From positions 8,825 through 72,824 of the forward strand of contig JBAZKH010000008.1 of NCBI GenBank assembly GCA_041650935.1: a stretch of DNA of 64,000 nt, in the 5' to 3' direction. Made by a program: the position numbers and the translations under genes. The notes below the pieces were generated by a model that saw nothing but the letters and a program-made list of their open reading frames with translations, made no database searches and had not been told where the DNA came from. The stretch is from Candidatus Omnitrophota bacterium (GTDB lineage: Bacteria; Omnitrophota; Gorgyraeia; 2-01-FULL-45-10). This document shows, piece by piece, positions 58,901 through 64,000 of the stretch (positions are counted from its first letter, which is position 1; every line of letters begins with the position of its first letter).

Positions 58901-61900
58901 GAATTGTTTGCCGTCCCGCAGCATTTGCGGAGAAAAACCTTTCAGCACTACGCTTCCGTCGCGCCTTACAAGCAGGTCAAAGCTTCCTTCCCAAGAGGTA
59001 TCCCTGAAATATTTCCCCGCTTCCGACTTTGACGATCTATAGTGCCTGACATATACCGGATTCCATACTCCGGGCTTCTGGATAGCGCCCCCTTCCGTTT
59101 CGATATAATAGCCGCTGCCTAAAAATGCCTCGACCTTGCTTCGCAGTGGTACAGGCGGAGGTGCCGCCGTTTTGCGCTCGTCAACAGGGGATAAGCTCAA
59201 AATACCTCTGCGGTTTTTTCCTTTCCGTCTATCTTTGACACTTCGCGCTTCAGATATAACCTTTACCCTATCGATCGCAAGATTGACAAAATCATTATGG
59301 TTAGCATAAAGGATAGGCCTGTTTCCATGAAAATCGACCATTAGCCACCTGGCGTTTTCGACATATTTCCCTGCCGGCCGCGGTTCCGGCAATTTCTGAT
59401 ACTCTTTCCTGGTAAGATGAATGTGCCTCACCACAGTTTCTATCCATGCATTGTCCGTATTCCTGGCGTCATCTACATACCCGCGGTATAATTCGACCGC
59501 CTTACCGGCATCGATCTTTATGCCGGTCTTCTTCTCGAGTTGTGCGGAGAGCGCCGCTACTATATCATTTTCAGCCGCCATCATTCCTCCGGGTATCGCC
59601 CATTGGCCGCAGTCGGCGCGTTTTATAGAGAGCATCTGCACCCTGCCGGGCTCGCCGTATGTCACGATCAGATCGACTGCAAAATTCGCACCCCATTTCC
59701 CGAGGACACCCCGGCCTCTAAGACCCGTCCTCCCGCGCGGATTGAGCGGACGTTTTTTATCATCCTCACGCACCGGCCCTTCATAGCTGGTAAGCACGCG
59801 CCCTATCTTAGTAATATCCTCAGGGTCGGCGTAACCGTCCGGATTACGGGTCACGTCATTCGCTAACACTTCCCTATCTACATAATATTCAGGGTTATAT
59901 TCCTTAAACGGGAAATCCCACGACACCGCATGCGAAGGGACAGGATAGCGGAAAGGATAGATAAAAGGGTTTTCACGCGCTTCCTTTAGCATTAATGCGG
60001 CAGACCTGCGTACATCTTTAAGGAATTCCCTGCGCCCGGTGTCGCGTTCCAACGTATCAAGCACGCCAAGTGTGCAATTTACCTCTCTCACAATATATGC
60101 AAGCGTTTCGTTCGCCAATCGCCTCATGTAACGCACCTGGTATTCCTGGTCCTCGGCGCTGACATGCCGGCATACGGGCATGCTGGATCCCGTAAGGTAT
60201 CTGCAAAGATTTTCGATAAACATGTACGGATCTCCGCGCCATAGTTCCATCAGGACCAGCTTCCGCTGGAGATGGACCGGCAGGACCCCTGTCTCGCTAT
60301 GTTGAACGGCAATTACGCACTCTTCGGTCCGCGAAAAACAGTCTTTAGCCTCCTGGGGACTATTATTTATATTGAACCAGATGCCGAGCAGTTCAAATAT
60401 TTCGGCAGTTTCTCTAAAAGCAGCCTGCGCATTAACATCTCCGGGCGGATAGGCGGACGGGTATCGCTTCCTTAATTCATCATAGCTTCTTTTAGTTTCC
60501 GCATATTTTTTGTTCAATATCATACGAAGCGCTCCGCTTCTTCCAAGCATGCCAACAACTTTTTTAGCCCGCCGGGGCGGGATAATCTCTTCTATCGCCT
60601 TAACCCTGTTCAGGTCGCCGGCATCAAGCCCCAGGTCTTTCTTCAGTGTCTCAAATAGGCGGGCGCCGGGAACTTCACCTCTATGCTCTAGCGAATACGG
60701 CTTGACGTAACTCCAGAGTTCCGATATCCTTTCTTCCCGCGTCTGTTTTCTATGCGCAGCTTCAGGTTTTTTCGTTACAGAGCCGGAAAGTATTGCGCTG
60801 GGGGCGTCGAGCGGCTTCACACTATGAGACGCGTCTTTTTTGGCCTCACTTTTCGCGGAATCCTGCTGCGCGGAATCTTTCGCGGAATCTTGCCGGGTTA
60901 TGTCATGTGGTCTTTCCGAGATATTACCAGGCAAGGGCACGGTGCCCGGAATCTTGCCGGGTAAGGTCATGTTGTCTTCCCGGATCTTACCCGGCAAGGG
61001 CATGTCACCCGGCGTGTCCATTTTTGGCACGTCCTTCTCATCGCTGCCATCACGTTTATAATGCACCACGAGCGGCGCCCAAAACGCGAACATGTTGTAA
61101 AAACCGTGGGTAATAATATTCGCTAGAAGGTGTATCCTGAAGGCGTATACGGCACTACCCGCGGCCGCCGCCAGCATGATTATATTGGGAGCGTCAAAAT
61201 AGATAAAAACAAGATACGGTATTCCCGCCAGGACAGCGGGCATCGATAACCATATAACACATATCCCCGTAAAACGGGTCAGCCAGTGATACCATCTCTC
61301 GTTCTTATGTTTTTTAAAAAGGCTCGGTAGATTGAAGATATTGGCCAATTCATCGCACTCGACAACCGCCGCGTACCAGCTAACCAGGAACCTCTTGGTT
61401 AGCTTCGAGCGATCTTGCCATCTCCAGGATGGGTAAGTCCTAAAGAATCGTACGACACGCCTTAGAGGAGATTGTAAAACCGGGCTGGCAGCGCCTTTCG
61501 CTTTAATCAAACCTTCTTGAGTTCTTCTTTCTTCGTCATACCTGCCGGGATGGAGAACTATCTCCGTAAGGTCCCGCATAAACTTCCGGCATTCCAGGCG
61601 GTTCGATACGCCATCCAATTTATAGTTATCGAAATGTTTCAATATTTCGGGCTCTGGGACACTGTCGCCTATGAGAGCCTCCAGGCCTTCTACAAAATGC
61701 TTCTCGAACGATTTCCTGCCGTCACCGCCATTACGCGACAAGATAAGATTACTTATAAGCTGGCAGCGTCTATATGGGTCGCTGCTGCTGCGCGCGATCT
61801 TAAGGTAAACATTCATAAGGCCTTCATTCTTTATATCGTAGTCTATATCCGAGATCCGTTCGTAGAGACTGAATGCCATCCTTAGGGTAAACGGGTCGTC

Positions 61901-64000
61901 CGAGGTATCCAGTATCCTCTCCAAGGCTGCGACATAATCTTTCCCGCAGCCGCCCAGTTTCGAATCGAAGGTATCGACGGGGTAAGGGTCTTCGCTTTTG
62001 ATACCTGCGCGCTCCAGCTTTCGCGCCAATACGTTCAACGCTACAAAAGCTTCTTCGTCATTGCCATCCAGCCCGGCAATAAGCATATCGGACGACATAC
62101 CGTACATTTTTCTTTGCCTATTATACAAAGAAAAATCAGCAATCTCTCCCGCGAACGAATTAAATAGAGTCGGCCCATAGCTAAACTCGGGCCTGTCGCG
62201 CCTATGGCTGTATATGAGCCTTAATAATAGCGACCTCCTTGCTCCTCTTATAGCAGAGCTAACCCGCTGCGCGAGATCTGCCTCCGGATCATTTTCCAGC
62301 TCCAGCATACTGAGAAATTCTATAACCGAATCCTCGTTCATATCCAACAGGTATTCTACGACTCTCATCTCCAGTATTCTCATATGGCGGCTTAACGACC
62401 AATCTTTGCCGCGCTGTTTGGAGTCTGGTATAGTGTAATATACGGCTTTAATGACATCTTCTTCGTATTTTTTCGGCAAATTGTCCAGGAAGAAAAGATC
62501 GCCTACGCGGTGTTTAACCATTTTCCTCCATCCTATCCCGCTAAAATTCCGTTCGATTTCGTCCAAGAAATAAAAATATTTGAATGTAGCCCGGGCAACA
62601 ACGCGGCTGTCGCAGTGGACCAAGAAATTATTTATCGGATCCCCTCGCGTATCCGGGCCGGCGGTTGAGGAAAGAGCGGCATGCCTGGTAACTTCGATAA
62701 GCGCTTCGAAGACCTGGTCCTCCAGACGAGCTTCGAGGTCTTCTTCAGTTTCGCTATTCGTGTCGCCGCCTGCCGGAACGCTACCGCCGGAGACGTCCCA
62801 GAGCCTTACAAACATCCTTGCGAGAGGACTCAACACCGCCGCGAGATACGTCGCGGCCGGGATACCGCTCCACGCATACCGGCCGAGCGGCGCGAATGCG
62901 CTGCCGCCCAGAAGCGGGCCGCCGGAAGAAAGATTAGCGCTACGTTTATCGCCCCGATTACGATAATCATAGTATTTCCTTATTACTTCTGCCGCCTTTT
63001 TATAAAGATCGGATGTTATCCCTGCTTCGAAGGTCTCCAGTCCGTGCATTAAATCGATAATGCTTTTCATGGCTTCACTGAACTTGTTGTAACGAAATGG
63101 TTTTAGGATAAACCAACCCCGCTGGACATCCAGTATATACGCCATAGCATCAAGCGCTTCATCAACTGCAATTACCTTTTCCGCCGCTTTTAAAAAACGT
63201 TCGATAGCGCCGTTTTTGAAATCGATGCCGGAAGATAATATCGCTTTGCTGATCGCTTTATCAATGTTGGAAAATTCTTTCGTAAGCGCACTACCCAGGC
63301 CAGTCTTCACCTGATGAGATTCAACTATAACTATGAATGAGCATAATATTACATCCCAAATTATGCCGAAGGGAAAAACCCAGGCCAGGTGCGCTATGTA
63401 AACAATTAAAACGAGCGACAGGATCGATAGCGACATATTAAACAATGCGGCTGAAAAAGATAACCATATTTGCGCACGCACCCATCTTTTGTTTAAATAA
63501 GCCGGTTCATAGTCTTCAAGACCCGGCTCATCGCCTTCAAGACCTGTAGGACCTGCCGCGATATTGACGTCACCCGTGTCTTCGCTGTCGAAGATCGAGC
63601 CGGATTCGATATAGGCCTTATGAAGCTCTTCCCAATTCAGGAGGTATTTATACTTTTTGAAAAGATGCGTCAAGTCGCGGGAATTTGTGTGGTAATCGTA
63701 CGCAAGTTCTTTGGCTTCGGGGTTACCTTTGACCCAGACATCTTTGAAGACCTTGGGATCCGGAGGAATAACCGAGCTCTGGAGAAGTTCCAGCCGCTTG
63801 GCTTCCCACTTACCTATCTCGTCCTTTTCGTGGGAAATTATTTCTTTCGAGGCCTTATAGTCCGCAGCTGCATAACGGCCGGCATCGTCCAGCTTATCCT
63901 GGTCATAATAAAATTTTTCATCGATAAATATGACGGGCAAATCGTTCCATTTCCACAGGCCAACTTTCGCAAACTGCCCCCTATTCGCGAACATGCCCGG
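52910..64000 (-). CDS. giant modular protein of at least 3694 aa: an N-terminal multi-TM region, then a NUDT9-like degenerate Nudix domain, an arginase/deacetylase-fold domain, four to five GNAT-like domains, a HEAT-like region and a C-terminal domain of unknown family, joined by six near-identical PLPGKIP linkers
   Basis: A single ORF runs from 63994, or from beyond the window, to 52910. See the findings for the individual domains and linkers. Confidence 0.8.
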   Translation of the reverse strand, partial: PGMFANRGQFAKVGLWKWNDLPVIFIDEKFYYDQDKLDDAGRYAAADYKASKEIISHEKDEIGKWEAKRLELLQSSVIPPDPKVFKDVWVKGNPEAKELAYDYHTNSRDLTHLFKKYKYLLNWEELHKAYIESGSIFDSEDTGDVNIAAGPTGLEGDEPGLEDYEPAYLNKRWVRAQIWLSFSAALFNMSLSILSLVLIVYIAHLAWVFPFGIIWDVILCSFIVIVESHQVKTGLGSALTKEFSNIDKAISKAILSSGIDFKNGAIERFLKAAEKVIAVDEALDAMAYILDVQRGWFILKPFRYNKFSEAMKSIIDLMHGLETFEAGITSDLYKKAAEVIRKYYDYRNRGDKRSANLSSGGPLLGGSAFAPLGRYAWSGIPAATYLAAVLSPLARMFVRLWDVSGGSVPAGGDTNSETEEDLEARLEDQVFEALIEVTRHAALSSTAGPDTRGDPINNFLVHCDSRVVARATFKYFYFLDEIERNFSGIGWRKMVKHRVGDLFFLDNLPKKYEEDVIKAVYYTIPDSKQRGKDWSLSRHMRILEMRVVEYLLDMNEDSVIEFLSMLELENDPEADLAQRVSSAIRGARRSLLLRLIYSHRRDRPEFSYGPTLFNSFAGEIADFSLYNRQRKMYGMSSDMLIAGLDGNDEEAFVALNVLARKLERAGIKSEDPYPVDTFDSKLGGCGKDYVAALERILDTSDDPFTLRMAFSLYERISDIDYDIKNEGLMNVYLKIARSSSDPYRRCQLISNLILSRNGGDGRKSFEKHFVEGLEALIGDSVPEPEILKHFDNYKLDGVSNRLECRKFMRDLTEIVLHPGRYDEERRTQEGLIKAKGAASPVLQSPLRRVVRFFRTYPSWRWQDRSKLTKRFLVSWYAAVVECDELANIFNLPSLFKKHKNERWYHWLTRFTGICVIWLSMPAVLAGIPYLVFIYFDAPNIIMLAAAAGSAVYAFRIHLLANIITHGFYNMFAFWAPLVVHYKRDGSDEKDVPKMDTPGDMPLPGKIREDNMTLPGKIPGTVPLPGNISERPHDITRQDSAKDSAQQDSAKSEAKKDASHSVKPLDAPSAILSGSVTKKPEAAHRKQTREERISELWSYVKPYSLEHRGEVPGARLFETLKKDLGLDAGDLNRVKAIEEIIPPRRAKKVVGMLGRSGALRMILNKKYAETKRSYDELRKRYPSAYPPGDVNAQAAFRETAEIFELLGIWFNINNSPQEAKDCFSRTEECVIAVQHSETGVLPVHLQRKLVLMELWRGDPYMFIENLCRYLTGSSMPVCRHVSAEDQEYQVRYMRRLANETLAYIVREVNCTLGVLDTLERDTGRREFLKDVRRSAALMLKEARENPFIYPFRYPVPSHAVSWDFPFKEYNPEYYVDREVLANDVTRNPDGYADPEDITKIGRVLTSYEGPVREDDKKRPLNPRGRTGLRGRGVLGKWGANFAVDLIVTYGEPGRVQMLSIKRADCGQWAIPGGMMAAENDIVAALSAQLEKKTGIKIDAGKAVELYRGYVDDARNTDNAWIETVVRHIHLTRKEYQKLPEPRPAGKYVENARWLMVDFHGNRPILYANHNDFVNLAIDRVKVISEARSVKDRRKGKNRRGILSLSPVDERKTAAPPPVPLRSKVEAFLGSGYYIETEGGAIQKPGVWNPVYVRHYRSSKSEAGKYFRDTSWEGSFDLLVRRDGSVVLKGFSPQMLRDGKQFGRIALAVALFLLTGKENVRQRFSIYCARPKLYQSLSEMDAIEINSREDFDNTHDIHCALPPVDKDTLEAWKRQNSGNKRGDGDVPKMDAPGDMPLPGKIREDNMTLPGKIPQLMPLPGKIPERPHDITRQDSAKDSAMQVKEFGKVKWLRRGDVTIPVKVCNNHREMFGWVKKLQKQGIADKNTTIINIDHHPDSANAPSVKLLSCGNWMRRLWKGGFSTGRRIWVRAVDDGTTLLYRPNPEDIECYGKTNIFDSIKALRGRVTGPAVITIDYDAIAPIEEGEVTDPAINRRVVELVGMLFNFGIEPVAINFTYSETRPIPKYLIPKTKNKITRSLLKSFAETGCVFEQGERIVSGDVSKRDAPGDMPLPGKISGRQHDITRQDSADADMPLPGNVPGQPAQPGESNQVRNKDVATNAADAPAQKTLATPPVQRGVTPEIEPLDLEIAGARNVSPEPWQRQFGGGRHGRSQSSARFNQRKQSIVPPEEGINLTSLLAGTELLKRFSDLNDGREVRIISIQEKIGQGLPEFKKALAEVPAGEYVAAAISTVSEGGAVIDYKIVIDKAERIDPRADFIWHYRPANESLKFVFALRVHADMEMMEIDRLSIDEGMQGSRLVSKFFGNLANTLERNYTGWSVEAIATEEVYAPDGFHFIPYVMKKYFSAEPLKEYRYSGIVGSRCDRTDARSNQPKQSIVAPKDEGETIPRSSEPLLYPARGTGLISGIGTVSPSDLYLVQRALLNQRIEEFFAQGYYISFARWEDDDDLPLSEDERDRIKYDKNTKFAVFVHNSDKNKFRDGGRLSCPLRIITPQGCVVKINQIYPNLPRQHGYGMTFVSLAMLMLYGDSGMSLKFFIKNASPDVLKSISKFDIFRVKSDIFRPYPDIRYSINGIIPHVDTEMLKRWKYLNERNKRMAQQPAQPDKSNQVRNDGVADKGDVSKMDAPGDMPLPGKIPGRQHDLTRQDSAQQDSAKDSADAEATLMPVPGKTLADERQMSVIKQAGGQPHFASGAEYKDGPEGAIPAVQQGARPVEPSLGPAEPIIEPANPGDIGAITKIWEEGYLTGGNMHPSYAESSNRYLRSIMDGKWMRPGKVFVARNNNEVIGYAIVSHTDDAGEGFIDEMTVRGSYQKAGVGTKLFAAALSWLRALPELRSVEAIDTSDGGWIGKIAAAFDFKEVRKNEYKWELISAVGAVQSDGTKVALDEGAADADSEMSQSGTSLKTEDLLSKLDNADADKRLGLKKQIIALGRSAIDDLIFAVGYPPDHASSCAYSALVEIAKIFPREVETAIRKELVRHPNNLQLTYLLENLSESSFEARLATLAGECPQEDGDAKRDALDTNMPLPGKIREDNMTLPGKIPGSVPLPGKIPGRQHDLTRQDSAQQDSAKDSADAEATLMPVPGKTLADERQMSVIKQAGGEPYFASGGQAQQNGLISDTSKKVLPSVTFRLYKNLSDEQKSDVRLDSLIEECNAWFAALSHEAAQKPSETKREWDIGEYIAVIGYYGDEPVGLYDYKLIGDHFESNGMYVRRQYRWVAYSLMSAAILEMKKNGDGKYYRTHPASTGDAQKFHRQFAAMYPGAVDIKESEGLIDEMYIRLDRFGEKSTDAPAPGDMPLPGKIREDHMTLPGKIPQLMPLPGKIPGSVPLPGKIPGRPHDITRQDPAKDSATQDPAVSRWLMGNPAEFLMMIKYDNGPGGLLEKALGEGFSIKSDICPGMTEPRGKRHFAARVYNQAVKPLVELGIFVNVNGKYKFSDMMIDLNNKTREHARNLINVAISVKLKTGKGDDKPLLRQGNIPPAICPFAGEAIKLHIVDYLYGKASLSEKDYTIKAWSGYAAPGQEPFLTEISKLTKDRVSFEDNIDELVSFARENIDDNTVTILPLERLNEAQIKELNRLKARVIYINLDGQRVKAGNLTNLEGLIGVGRAYLNDDNESFYRLYSLLTQRCASRYIPLRELKENPVDFINKLNFILKPIIPADTGEQIRLKHLQEVLLRAA

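Noticed and set aside
1-64000. tRNA, rRNA or CRISPR array
   Set aside because: I found no cloverleaf-compatible segment of about 75 nt with a conserved GTTC-RA T-loop in the intergenic regions, no rRNA-like conserved stretches and no regularly spaced repeat array outside coding sequence. Short RNAs may have been missed without a covariance-model search.

Overview
This 64 kb chromosomal window comes from an LPS-producing (Gram-negative-type) bacterium with moderately high GC. It looks like core chromosome rather than an accessory island. Every gene I can support lies on the minus strand; the plus-strand ORFs in the track are antisense shadows. Read in transcription order (high to low coordinates), the window holds: a giant multi-domain gene of at least 3694 aa, open at the window edge; the ilvD-ilvB-ilvN-ilvC-leuA branched-chain cluster; aroE, a prepilin peptidase, aroC and aroK; dprA-topA-xerC; a small AT-rich islet carrying an orphan HNH nuclease; a long lipid A and LPS core block (waaA, lpxK, an LpxL::ELM1 fusion, a GT4::GT9 fusion, GT4, a CE4 deacetylase, three GT9 heptosyltransferases, ychF, hldA-like kinase, kdsB, kdsA, kdsD, kdsC); a 1344-aa S8 protease carrying an FG-GAP propeller; lpxL-like, lptC/A-like and lptB; tig and clpP; serC-like, serA, a LeuA-family paralogue, purA and an OmpA-family lipoprotein; and uppS, cdsA and a partial dxr. 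The most interesting items are: (1) the giant membrane-anchored protein, built from a NUDT9-like degenerate Nudix domain, an arginase/deacetylase-fold domain and four to five GNAT domains joined by six near-identical PLPGKIP linkers; (2) three intergenic repeat families, namely a roughly 130-bp element with terminal inverted repeats and two hairpins that show compensatory changes between copies, an AT-rich palindromic AAATCCGAAAT element upstream of four genes, and a GTAG-N6-TTTAAA-N6-CTAC palindrome at three gene 3' ends; (3) two heptanucleotide tandem repeats in LPS genes, one inside waaA and one at the 5' end of a GT9 gene, which are candidate slipped-strand phase-variation sites. Coordinates of intergenic elements are read from the sequence by eye and may be off by a few nucleotides.
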